A stretch of 43,313 nt of DNA from Acidimicrobiales bacterium (GCA_004214275.1 SGYJ01000001.1:1-43313), one strand, 5' to 3'; counted from the stretch's first letter, positions 18,363-27,512 are shown. Notes: generated by a model from the letters alone, not told the origin. Program-made: numbers and translations.

Positions 18363-19612
18363 CAGTCCACCTCGGTCAAAGCAAGCATCGTGTCGCTGAG
18401 CAGCTGAGCTCCAGCTATTAAATCTTTTTCATCAGTATGTTCTGCTGGGTTATGGCTAATGCCGTCCAAGCTGGGGACAAAGATCATGCCGGTTGGGCAA
18501 ATGCGAGCCATCATTTGGGCATCGTGACCCGCGCCTGATGGCATGCGTTTTGTCGACAGGCCGGTCTGTTCTGCTAGTTGTTCAATTTGTTCAACGACCC
18601 TGCCGTCAAATTCAACTGGTTCGAAGCGAGCAAGTGATCGACTTTCAACCGTTACATCCTCGTCTTCGGCGATAGCTGCAACTCCAAGTCGAAGTTGTTC
18701 TTCGGCAAGTTGAAGCGAAGCTTCGTCCGTGTTGCGCAGGTCAACGGTCATGGTTGCGCTAGCCGGGACGACGTTCACTAGGTTTGGGTGGAGGTGCAAA
18801 GACCCGACGGTCGCTACTTGGCTACCTCCTATCTCGGACGCTATCGACCGCGCGGCCACCACAACTTCAGCTGCCGCTCGCATGGGATCTCGGCGGAGCG
18901 ACATGGGTGTTGTGCCTGCATGGTTCGATTGCCCGATCAAAGTCAGTTCTGTCCATGAAATGCCTTGCACACCTTCGACAATTCCGATCTGGATACTTTC
19001 CTTATCTAGGACCGGTCCCTGTTCGATATGCAGCTCTACAAAAGCGTGGGGCGTTACGCCAGGACAAGGGGATGACCCTCGATAACCAATGCGGTCCAAC
19101 TCTTCTCCAACTACCGTGCCGTCGGAACCCTCGACTTGTAGCACGGCCTCGACACTCATTCCTCCCACATATGCGAGGCTTCCCATCATGTCTGGTGCAT
19201 ATCGGGATCCTTCTTCATTGGAGAAAAACGCGACAGCCAATGGCCGCGCAAGTTCGATGTCGGCTGCGAGTGTTGCTTCGATAACTTCTAACCCCGCCAG
19301 GACCCCGAGGTTACCGTCGTAGCGGCCTCCGGTTCCTACCGTATCGATATGGGAACCAGCCATTACTGCGCCCGACGCGCCGTCAGGGTTCGTGGAAGCG
19401 ACGACGTTTCCCACGACATCGATTGTTACCGTCAAGCCCAGATCTCGCATCCATGTGACAACCAGATCTCGCCCTTCACGATCAGCATCAGTGAACGCCA
19501 GTCGCGAACATCCTTTAGTGCCTTCGATTTCTCCGATTCGGGCAAGCTCGGCTATTCGTTCAAGAAGCCGTTCCCCGTTGATTGACACCGATGGGCTATT
19601 TGGCAAAGCCAT
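18359..19612 (-). CDS. M20-family Zn-dependent hydrolase (N-carbamoyl-L-amino acid hydrolase / beta-ureidopropionase / allantoate amidohydrolase group)
   Basis: 417 aa; GSHIDTV, GRYDGNLG, NEEGSRY, ELHIEQGP, NHAGTTPM, SGAGHDAQ, SHNPAE. Confidence 0.9.
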   Translation of the reverse strand: MALPNSPSVSINGERLLERIAELARIGEIEGTKGCSRLAFTDADREGRDLVVTWMRDLGLTVTIDVVGNVVASTNPDGASGAVMAGSHIDTVGTGGRYDGNLGVLAGLEVIEATLAADIELARPLAVAFFSNEEGSRYAPDMMGSLAYVGGMSVEAVLQVEGSDGTVVGEELDRIGYRGSSPCPGVTPHAFVELHIEQGPVLDKESIQIGIVEGVQGISWTELTLIGQSNHAGTTPMSLRRDPMRAAAEVVVAARSIASEIGGSQVATVGSLHLHPNLVNVVPASATMTVDLRNTDEASLQLAEEQLRLGVAAIAEDEDVTVESRSLARFEPVEFDGRVVEQIEQLAEQTGLSTKRMPSGAGHDAQMMARICPTGMIFVPSLDGISHNPAEHTDEKDLIAGAQLLSDTMLALTEVDW

Positions 19613-19710
19613 ATCTTCATTGAACCCGATTCACCGACAAAATAGCTAGTGATTCCCGTTGTCCTCATATTTCGTTAGTGTTCACTGACTACTACTTCAT
19701 CGGAGATCTT

Positions 19711-20715
19711 GTGACTCGACCGGCTCTGTACCTCCAAGATGCTCACGCAATTACTGAGGGAATTGAATTTGCTAGGTACGCGGAGGACAGCGGATTTGAT
19801 GCAGTTTGGCAGGCTGATTCACGCTTGGTTCGCGAAGCTTCTGTACCCATGGCTGCATTTGCGGCGACCACTGAGCGAATCAAGATCGGTTCAGGGGTAG
19901 TAGATGTATGGACCCGCAATCCTGCTCGGCTTGCTTCAATGTTCGCGACACTCGATGATCTGGCGCCCGGGAGAATTTTGTGTGGGTTAGGTGCCTGGTG
20001 GGATCCTTTAGCGACAAAGGTCGGAGTGTCACGAGATCGGCCTTTGACAGTTATGCGCGAAGTAGTTGCTGCAGTCCGTGCTCTTCTCGCTAATGAAACC
20101 GTGACCGTTGACGGGTATTTCGTGAAACTCGATGGTGTCGAGTTGGACTATGTCTACCAGGATCGCAAACCCAAAGAGGTTCCGATATATATCGGAGCTA
20201 CTGGGATGAAAATGATGGAGTTAACTGGTGAAATCGCTGACGGAGTTGTCCTTAACTACCTAGTTTCGCCTGATTACAACGCTCGCGCTATGGATGCTTT
20301 AGAACGAGGCGCGGAAAAGAGTGGGCGCTCAGTCGATGATCTTGATCGTCCTCAACTGGTTGTGTGTTCAGTCCACGAAGACCGTTCCACTGCACTGGAT
20401 ATGGCCAGAAATATGGTCACTCAATATCTCGGGCAACAACCTCACATAATGGAAGCTTCGGGTGTGCCGAAGTCCTTGCTTGAAGCGGTGGGCGAAGTGC
20501 TGACCTGGCCGGCTACACACGAACAAGTAGAAGCTGCATCGAAGCTGATACCGGATGAAATTGTCCAGATGTTGACAGCTTCAGGCACAGCAGCAGAAGC
20601 ACGTGAAGCGGTAGCCGGTTACATGTCGAATGGCTGCACTTCACCCGTGCTGTATCCATTAGGCGACGTTTACGCCACTATTGATGCTTTCGCTGACTGG
20701 GACGGCTCGAGTTAA
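19711..20715 (+). CDS. LLM-class oxidoreductase, Mer-like (probably F420-dependent)
   Basis: [27 protein letters not shown] and [20 protein letters not shown] resemble methylene-H4MPT reductase-type LLM proteins. GTG 19711 is preceded by GGAG (track start is 19678). Confidence 0.8.
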   Translation: MTRPALYLQDAHAITEGIEFARYAEDSGFDAVWQADSRLVREASVPMAAFAATTERIKIGSGVVDVWTRNPARLASMFATLDDLAPGRILCGLGAWWDPLATKVGVSRDRPLTVMREVVAAVRALLANETVTVDGYFVKLDGVELDYVYQDRKPKEVPIYIGATGMKMMELTGEIADGVVLNYLVSPDYNARAMDALERGAEKSGRSVDDLDRPQLVVCSVHEDRSTALDMARNMVTQYLGQQPHIMEASGVPKSLLEAVGEVLTWPATHEQVEAASKLIPDEIVQMLTASGTAAEAREAVAGYMSNGCTSPVLYPLGDVYATIDAFADWDGSS

Positions 20716-20848
20716 ACCAAATTATGGAGGCTGCCAAAGCCCTTTAATTTCTTCTTTGATCATTCTCTGTAAGGTCTCATCGCTCGCTCAGAATGTGACA
20801 GAATGCGGAGGTTCGATGTCGAAAAAACATAGAGATAGGGCGGTAGAA

Positions 20849-21928
20849 ATGCGGAGGAAGATTGCAGCACTGCTAGCGGTCTGTATCGGGCTGGGCTTTG
20901 TACTCACTAGCTGCGGTGGAGACGATGGTGCCGATACAAAGGCTGCGTTCGTATACGTGGGCCCGGTCGGCGACGCCGGTTGGACTTATGCACACGACGA
21001 AGGTCGGCAGTATGCGGAAAGTGAAACTGGAGTTGAAACGGCTTACGTGGAAGCAGTTCCTGAGGGAACAGCTGATTTTGCTAACTACGTTCGAGATTTC
21101 ATTGACCAGGGGTACAACGTAATTATTGGTACCTCGTTTGGGTATATGGACGACATGCTCGCGTTGGCAGATGAATACCCTGACGTTGTTTTTGAACATG
21201 TCTCTGGGTACAAGATGAATGACAGCAACTTCGGCAACACCTTTGGCCGAATGTATGAGCCTCGTTATCTTTCCGGAATGGTTGCTGGTTCAGCTACAAG
21301 TTCAGGTTTGATCGGCTACGTCGCTGCTTTCCCAATTCCTGAAGTTATAAGAGGAATTAACGCTTTCACCCTTGGCGTCCAAGCCATAAACCCAAGCGCT
21401 CAAGTAGAAGTAATCTGGACCAGCACGTGGTTTGATCCAGTCGTCGAAGGTGACTCTGCTCAAGCGTTGCTTGATAAAGGTGCCGACGTGATCGCTATGC
21501 ACCAAGATTCAACGGCAGCGGGCGAGAAGGCTGAAGCAGCCGGCGCACGGTGGGTTTCCTATAACTCCGATATGAGTGCGTTTGCCCCGAACGCTTTCCT
21601 AACTGCCCCTGTCTGGAACTGGGGACCTCGGTACGTTGAAATTATCGAGGATGCGAAAGCGGGCAATTACGCGCCAAGCTCCTATTGGGGGTCAATGGCT
21701 GACGGAATCGTTGATCTTGCACCAATAGCAAGTGACGTCGACCAATCCGTAGTTGATCAGGTAATGGAAGCAAAGGCTGCCATTATCGCTGGTGATATGC
21801 ATCCGTTCACCGGTCCAATCATGGATCAGGACGGCAACCAAGTCCTCGGTGCTGGTGAAGTTATGGATGACGGAGCAATGCTCGGGATGATGTTCTTCGT
21901 TGAAGGCGTCATTGGATCCACTGGCTGA
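20849..21928 (+). CDS. BMP-family ABC transporter substrate-binding lipoprotein (purine/nucleoside type)
   Basis: Signal peptide with lipobox MRRKIAALLAVCIGLGFVLTSC; YVGPVGDAGWTYAHDEG, GTSFGYMD, AFPIPEVIRGINAF, WFDP. Alternative start at ATG 20816. Confidence 0.9.
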   Translation: MRRKIAALLAVCIGLGFVLTSCGGDDGADTKAAFVYVGPVGDAGWTYAHDEGRQYAESETGVETAYVEAVPEGTADFANYVRDFIDQGYNVIIGTSFGYMDDMLALADEYPDVVFEHVSGYKMNDSNFGNTFGRMYEPRYLSGMVAGSATSSGLIGYVAAFPIPEVIRGINAFTLGVQAINPSAQVEVIWTSTWFDPVVEGDSAQALLDKGADVIAMHQDSTAAGEKAEAAGARWVSYNSDMSAFAPNAFLTAPVWNWGPRYVEIIEDAKAGNYAPSSYWGSMADGIVDLAPIASDVDQSVVDQVMEAKAAIIAGDMHPFTGPIMDQDGNQVLGAGEVMDDGAMLGMMFFVEGVIGSTG

Positions 21929-21950
21929 GTTAGTTAGCTGTTAACAGCAT

Positions 21951-21991
21951 TTAGCGGCGCCGGCGAGGACTACCCACGTCGGCGCCGCTAA
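21951..21991 (+). other. GC-rich intercistronic stem-loop
   Basis: TTAGCGGCGCCG (21951-21962) is the exact reverse complement of CGGCGCCGCTAA (21980-21991), extendable by 3 more pairs including one G-U. It lies between the binding-protein and ATPase genes. Confidence 0.75.
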
Positions 21992-22021
21992 CGCGTTTAA
22001 GCAAAGCAGGTTCTCCTCTCG

Positions 22022-23563
22022 ATGACGCAACCCTCATCTCCTACCGATAGCGGCCAACTCTCCATCGAATTGACCGATATATGGAAAACATTTCCAGGGG
22101 TTGTCGCGAATGCTGGAGTGGAACTCGCCGTGCGACGTCGGTCAATTCATGCTCTTCTAGGAGAAAACGGGGCCGGCAAATCAACCCTGATGAACATCCT
22201 TGCGGGCGTCTACCGCCCCGACAGCGGTGAGGTGAAAATCCATGGTCTTCCCCACCAATTTCGAAGTCCGGCTGATGCCTTATCTGCTGGAGTTGGCATG
22301 GTCCATCAAGAATTCCGGCTAATTCCTTCTTTTTCAGTAGCCGAAAATATTGTCCTCGGTTCAGCCCCATCCATCATCAATAATCGCCAGGTCGAGAACG
22401 ATGTTGAAGACATGGCACGCAAGTACGGATTAAAAGTTGATCCGGCCCAGCCGCTGTGGCAGCTATCTATGGGTGAGCGCCAAAAGGTGGAGATATTGAA
22501 AGTGTTGTGGCGTGATGCGCAGGTGCTGATCCTCGACGAACCAACCACTGTTTTGACACCCAGCGAAGTAGACGAATTAGGTGAGATCCTGCGACGTATG
22601 GCTAATGATGGGCGCTCCATTATTTTTATTAGCCACAAATTGCATGAAGTCTCCGGGATCTGTGATGAAGCCACTGTCTTAAGGCAAGGGGAAACCGTTG
22701 CGGGATCCTTAGACATGGCAACAACGGACCAAAACGAACTAGCACGTCTCATGGTTGGATCGTCTCCTGTCATTGCAGCCCGGCCTGCGGCAGCAACTCC
22801 AGGGAAACCTTTGCTAGAGCTGCAAAATCTGAGCGCAATGGGTGACCGCGGTGTCGACGCGTTTTCCGACGTCAACTTCCGAATCCATTCAGGGGAAATA
22901 GTTGGTATCGCTGGCGTGGCTGGCAATGGGCAACGAGAACTAGCCGACGTCATTGCTGGTTTACGGCCTTCAAACAACGGCACATTAATCATGGATGGCA
23001 CTGACATAACTGCGGTCAGCGCTCACCGTCGCTTTCAGTCTGGCCTGGCATACATACCTGAGGATCGCCTGGGCGTAGGGTTAGCACCACGCCTCTCAAT
23101 AACCGATAATGCGATACTTCGCGTTTACCGGCAACAACGGCGAGGCCCATTTATCATCGCCGAAAAAGCCCTGTCCTACTGCGCCGACCTCGTTAAACGT
23201 TTCGGAGTTCGATCAGGTGATCCCGATGGGCCAATCGCTGCCCTGTCGGGAGGAAATCTTCAACGCCTTTTGGTCGGTAGAGAATTAGATGGGAAACCTT
23301 CGGTGGTCATCGCTTCCCAACCCACACGAGGTCTTGACGTGCAAGGAGTGAAAGCGATCCAAGATCTGCTACTTGATCAGCGAAATTCAGGTGCGGCGGT
23401 AATGATGATCTCCGAAGACCTTGACGAACTCCTCACGCTAACTGACCGGCTTCTCGTGATGGAAGGGGGCGTCATCCGTGGCGAGTTCGATCCTCGAACT
23501 GTGTCTCGACACGAAGTTGGGATGGCGATGCTCTCTGATGCGCAAGCCTCTTCGCACTCATGA
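22022..23563 (+). CDS. ABC transporter ATP-binding protein (CUT2/nucleoside type, two ABC domains)
   Basis: GENGAGKS Walker A, LSMGERQ, ILDEPT; degenerate second Walker A GVAGNGQ; LSGGNLQ, QPTRGLD. Confidence 0.93.
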   Translation: MTQPSSPTDSGQLSIELTDIWKTFPGVVANAGVELAVRRRSIHALLGENGAGKSTLMNILAGVYRPDSGEVKIHGLPHQFRSPADALSAGVGMVHQEFRLIPSFSVAENIVLGSAPSIINNRQVENDVEDMARKYGLKVDPAQPLWQLSMGERQKVEILKVLWRDAQVLILDEPTTVLTPSEVDELGEILRRMANDGRSIIFISHKLHEVSGICDEATVLRQGETVAGSLDMATTDQNELARLMVGSSPVIAARPAAATPGKPLLELQNLSAMGDRGVDAFSDVNFRIHSGEIVGIAGVAGNGQRELADVIAGLRPSNNGTLIMDGTDITAVSAHRRFQSGLAYIPEDRLGVGLAPRLSITDNAILRVYRQQRRGPFIIAEKALSYCADLVKRFGVRSGDPDGPIAALSGGNLQRLLVGRELDGKPSVVIASQPTRGLDVQGVKAIQDLLLDQRNSGAAVMMISEDLDELLTLTDRLLVMEGGVIRGEFDPRTVSRHEVGMAMLSDAQASSHS

Positions 23564-24645
23564 AACGTCCTCGTTTAAGCCTCCGGGAGCAACCCCTACC
23601 GGGAGGGCAGCCTCTCGCGTTCGGCATAGGTTTAGCAATAGCGCTCTTTGTCGGCACACTGCTTCTTTTAGGTGCTGGACATGACCCTTTGAGAATCTAT
23701 TCAAGAATGTTTGACGCCTCACTCGGCGGCCCTGATGCTTGGGCCATAACACTGAACCGCGCTGTTCCTCTTGGGCTTGCCGGGTTAGCAGTAGCTATTG
23801 CGGGCTCTATGGGACTTTGGAACATCGGCGCTGAAGGCCAAATAATGGCAGGAGCAATCGGGGCAGCTTGGGTGGCCCGTATAGGCGGTGATTGGCCCGG
23901 GCTTGTACTCATCACAATGATGCTTGTCGCAGCGATCGGCGGAGGAGGGCTCCTAGCAATTGGGCCCGCTGTAGCTCGAGCCAAACTCGGTGTTAACGAA
24001 ATCATCACAACTTTGATGCTTAATGAGGTCGCAATTCGGCTGGTTCAATGGCTTATCCATGGTCCTTGGAAAGACCCCGACTCATTTAACTTTCCGTTGG
24101 CTCCTATGTTGCCTGACCAGGCCCGCTTACCAACACTTTTTAGCCGGGCACACTTCGGATTGCTCATAGCAGCAGCCGTGATCGTCATTGCCTCTGTCGC
24201 CGTCCGTTACACAGCGTGGGGATATGAGCTCAGAATCGCTGGGTCTTCTGAATCCACCGCACGGTACAGCGGTATCTCATTGCCCAAGAAAGTCCTCACC
24301 GTGCTCGTGTTGAGTGGTGCTGTAGCGGGATTAGCCGGCGGCGTTGAACTAACAGGCACCGCCGATCGTCTAACAGAGACGATTTCGAATGGTTTCGGTT
24401 TCGCGGGCATCATCGTTGCTGCCTTGGCGCTTATGCGCCCGTCGGGCGTAGCCGCGGTCGCCTTACTCTTTGGCGCCGTCCAAATAGGTGGTCAAAGTAT
24501 TCAAACCCTTGGGGTTTCTTCCTCGGTTTCCACAATTCTCCAGGCGTTTGTTCTATTTGGTGCAATCGGAGCTGGCGTCTTTAGCCGGTATCGCGTGACC
24601 TTAGACAGCGGGCCAGCCTCAACCCCAGAAGAAGCCATGTCATGA
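23560..24645 (+). CDS. ABC transporter permease (nucleoside/sugar type)
   Basis: Multiple transmembrane segments; WNIGAEGQ, VNEIITTLMLN, GFGFAGIIVA. Confidence 0.9.
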   Translation: MKRPRLSLREQPLPGGQPLAFGIGLAIALFVGTLLLLGAGHDPLRIYSRMFDASLGGPDAWAITLNRAVPLGLAGLAVAIAGSMGLWNIGAEGQIMAGAIGAAWVARIGGDWPGLVLITMMLVAAIGGGGLLAIGPAVARAKLGVNEIITTLMLNEVAIRLVQWLIHGPWKDPDSFNFPLAPMLPDQARLPTLFSRAHFGLLIAAAVIVIASVAVRYTAWGYELRIAGSSESTARYSGISLPKKVLTVLVLSGAVAGLAGGVELTGTADRLTETISNGFGFAGIIVAALALMRPSGVAAVALLFGAVQIGGQSIQTLGVSSSVSTILQAFVLFGAIGAGVFSRYRVTLDSGPASTPEEAMS

Positions 24646-25574
24646 ACGAAGCATCATTAATTGGTCTGCTTTTCGCGACGGTCTCTTTTGGGGCCCTTCT
24701 CTACTTGGCGGCGCTAGGCGAACTATTAGCCGAGAAAGCGGGCGTCTTGAATCTTGGCGTCGAAGGCATGATGGCCATCGGCGCTGTCACTGCTTTTATC
24801 GCAGGAGTTGAATTCCAAAACCCTTGGTTGGCCTTAATAATTGCGATGTTCAGCGGCGCTTTGTTGGCTTCCGTTCACGGCTTTTTCACCGTTGGGCTAG
24901 GCGCAGAACAAGTTGTTTCAGGCCTATCACTCACTATTTTAGGATTGGGCCTTGCTGCTTATCTGGGCAAGAGCTATGTCGGACTACCGCCGGGTGCCGA
25001 ATTGGTACCCGTTGAATGGGGAAGTTTGTCTGATTTGCCATGGGTTGGCCCAATTTTGTTTAACCAGGCTCCAATCGTTTATTTAGCACTCCTGTCGGGG
25101 ATAGCAGTGAGTTTCATCCTTTCAAGCACTCGTCTCGGTCTGGCTTTACGAGCAGCAGGTGAGTCTGCCTCTTCTACTGATTCGGCAGGCCATTCTGTTC
25201 TTGGTCTTCGACTCGCTGCTGTAGCTGCTGGAGGGGCGCTAGCAGGGGCATCGGGAGCTTATTTGACATTAAGCATCACCCCCCAGTGGGCCGAAGGCGT
25301 AACTGCTGGTCGTGGGTGGATAGCCGTTGCTCTTGTTATTTTTGGCGCTTGGCGTCCTAGCAGAGTTGGTTGGGGAGCCTTGCTTTTTGGTGGGACGTTG
25401 GCATTAAAGACCCGCCTACAGACCTTTGGTGTCGATTTTTCGCCAATAATTTTATCGATGCTTCCCTACATCCTCACACTGCTGATTCTGCTCATCATTT
25501 CAGTTCGAGCGCGCAAACGGCCATCACCAGCTCCAGCCGCGCTTGGATTGGCGTATCGACGAGAAGAGCGTTAA
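24642..25574 (+). CDS. ABC transporter permease (nucleoside/sugar type)
   Basis: Multiple transmembrane segments; EKAGVLNLGVEGMM, RAAGES, AGRGWIAVALVIFG, MLPY, PAALG. Confidence 0.9.
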   Translation: MNEASLIGLLFATVSFGALLYLAALGELLAEKAGVLNLGVEGMMAIGAVTAFIAGVEFQNPWLALIIAMFSGALLASVHGFFTVGLGAEQVVSGLSLTILGLGLAAYLGKSYVGLPPGAELVPVEWGSLSDLPWVGPILFNQAPIVYLALLSGIAVSFILSSTRLGLALRAAGESASSTDSAGHSVLGLRLAAVAAGGALAGASGAYLTLSITPQWAEGVTAGRGWIAVALVIFGAWRPSRVGWGALLFGGTLALKTRLQTFGVDFSPIILSMLPYILTLLILLIISVRARKRPSPAPAALGLAYRREER

Positions 25575-25596
25575 CAGGTAACCCCCCAAAGTCTGT

Positions 25597-25725
25597 CTAG
25601 AGAATGGCTCTCGCCGCAGCCCAGATATACGCAATGATGACGATGAGAAACATGTAACGCCAGATTCGTTTCCTCACACCGTCAAAGTTAAGCGCTAGGA
25701 CTCTCTGTTCTGTTGCATCCCACAC
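25597..25725 (-). CDS. Putative small membrane protein (42 aa; alternative 26-aa start at 25677)
   Basis: Hand-translated MWDATEQRVLALNFDGVRKRIWRYMFLIVIIAYIWAAARAIL*. GGAGGAGG Shine-Dalgarno at 25735-25742; basic patch followed by one hydrophobic helix. Not in the ORF track. Confidence 0.45.
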   Translation of the reverse strand: MWDATEQRVLALNFDGVRKRIWRYMFLIVIIAYIWAAARAIL

Positions 25726-25808
25726 AGTTATGGACCTCCTCCGCGCAGAATCCCACAGCAAAGCGCTCACACCGAGCCCATCTTGTCAACACTCAGGTGA
25801 TGTATGAG

Positions 25809-27512
25809 TCACCAAAGACAACTGCACTCGACGGTAGCTTCCAGAGCTTTCCACCGAAACGGGGTGGGTTCCGATGCTGCTCCGCATCCGGTGCATCGGA
25901 GCACAAAGTCACCATTCACCTTGCTCATCGTTACTGGTTGTTCACCAGTCGACAACCTCGCTTCCTTTTTCGGAGAAACCTTTTGCCGCATTATTTCGGG
26001 GAGCTCTAAGACATCAAAGTCGAGGTACAGGGGGTCTGGTGTCAGGGACGGAGGGTTACCCCAGGCTTCTCTATGAGCATCGGTTTCTTCGGACCAACCC
26101 AAAAAACTTAACCATGCGTATTGATCTACGGAGTCAAGGCTGTCTGGAAGCTCTTGGATCGAGCTCATAGGACCAATTTTCTCTGGGATAACTGGTTCAT
26201 CCGGCCCGGCATAATTGAGAAATGAAACGAGTTCACGTTGCTCGCCGATCCCAAAAATGCGAGCCGACTCACTGATGTCCTCTATTTCCTCCATGAACCC
26301 ATCGCGTTCAGATGCGGTCGGGTCCTCCAAGGTGTCACTCGCATACAACACAACAAATCGGGCCCCGACACCATGCTGCTTCAGCCGCAAAATCCGTCCC
26401 ATTCGCTGAATCATCTGTCTTCGGGTTCGGCTTGCATTAACAACAACACCGAGGTTGGCGTCGGGAACATCAATACCTTCATCAAGGACCCGAGGTGCTG
26501 CTACTGCATCCAACTTTCCGTCGCGAAGATCATTCAAGATTGTTTCCCGTTCAAGACGAGCAGTATCTCCAGTAATAATTTCGATACCCAATAACGGATC
26601 AAGCCGATTAATGGCGTGATTTGCGGCCTTTACTGTCTGAGTAAAAATGAGGGCACCTGATGCCTCCTGGATTACTGACGCGAAGTTGGATAAGACTTCA
26701 TATTTTGAGCGGCTTGTAGCAACTATCTCGCGACGTTTTGAAAATGAATCCAGATATGTGGTTGCTGCTTTCCCATTAGGGCCAGCATCATTTTCTGACA
26801 GATAACTGACGGCTGCTAAGAAGGCTCCGAACGGCTCTTGAGGCATGTCAGGAATCGCCCTCAATGTTTGTCGAGCAGCAACTAAGTCTGCTTCCATCAA
26901 GTCGTATTCGTCACGTTCCTCTTTGGCTAAAGGTACTGCTACAAACGCGACTCTCGGTTGGGCACACACCCCGTCGGCAATGGCCTGCCCAAAGTCATAC
27001 TTGTAACAGACGCCACCGAAATAAGGGACCAGAGTTTTCTCAACGGCATCGTCTGATCGTTCCAGGGTAGCTGTGAGCCCCAAGCGTTCTTCATATTCAT
27101 GGATAAGCGATTTACGTAAGGTCGCTCCCCCAAACCCATGACATTCGTCAGCAATCAAAAGACCCCCAAGGTCTCCTGGGGGTAGTGGCTTCTTGGCACT
27201 AGCCGAGTGTCGAGTTGTCACTAACACGTCGCAATCGTCTGCCCTGTCACTAAAACTGTCTCCTAGCCGTCCAATGACGCATTGAGGCAAAGCTTTCTTA
27301 AGGCTTTCAGACCATTGCTCCATAAGGACACGACTAGGAACGACAACCAGAACAAAGAGGCCGCGTCTGTGAGCATCAGCCGCGGCCTGCATGGCAACAT
27401 TTGTTTTCCCGGCACCGGTAACAGCTTCAATGATTCCTCGCCGTCCACATCTCAACCAGCTTGCTAACGCCAGCAGCTGCCATTTGTAGAGAAAATGTTG
27501 CGATTTATTCAT
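25809..27512 (-). CDS. Superfamily II DEAD/DEAH-box helicase (XPB/RadD/UvsW-like) with Cys-rich C-terminus
   Basis: 567 aa; Q motif LYKWQ, Walker A AVTGAGKT, DECH, TAT, LDEGIDVP, QRMGRILR; C-terminal CTGC...CSC. Confidence 0.88.
   Translation of the reverse strand: MNKSQHFLYKWQLLALASWLRCGRRGIIEAVTGAGKTNVAMQAAADAHRRGLFVLVVVPSRVLMEQWSESLKKALPQCVIGRLGDSFSDRADDCDVLVTTRHSASAKKPLPPGDLGGLLIADECHGFGGATLRKSLIHEYEERLGLTATLERSDDAVEKTLVPYFGGVCYKYDFGQAIADGVCAQPRVAFVAVPLAKEERDEYDLMEADLVAARQTLRAIPDMPQEPFGAFLAAVSYLSENDAGPNGKAATTYLDSFSKRREIVATSRSKYEVLSNFASVIQEASGALIFTQTVKAANHAINRLDPLLGIEIITGDTARLERETILNDLRDGKLDAVAAPRVLDEGIDVPDANLGVVVNASRTRRQMIQRMGRILRLKQHGVGARFVVLYASDTLEDPTASERDGFMEEIEDISESARIFGIGEQRELVSFLNYAGPDEPVIPEKIGPMSSIQELPDSLDSVDQYAWLSFLGWSEETDAHREAWGNPPSLTPDPLYLDFDVLELPEIMRQKVSPKKEARLSTGEQPVTMSKVNGDFVLRCTGCGAASEPTPFRWKALEATVECSCLW

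Noticed and set aside
20681-20815. Track start for the BMP lipoprotein
   Set aside because: It overlaps the LLM gene and puts the lipobox too far from the N-terminus.
20716-20848. Possible purine riboswitch or terminator before the BMP gene
   Set aside because: I could not find the conserved purine-aptamer core or a three-way junction, and the only hairpin has about a 4-bp stem. An Infernal/Rfam scan would be decisive.
22306-23007. 233-aa antisense ORF, and the many other 60-170 aa antisense or alternate-frame ORFs in the track
   Set aside because: They lie opposite or inside clearly identifiable genes and carry no recognisable motifs; they are shadow ORFs.
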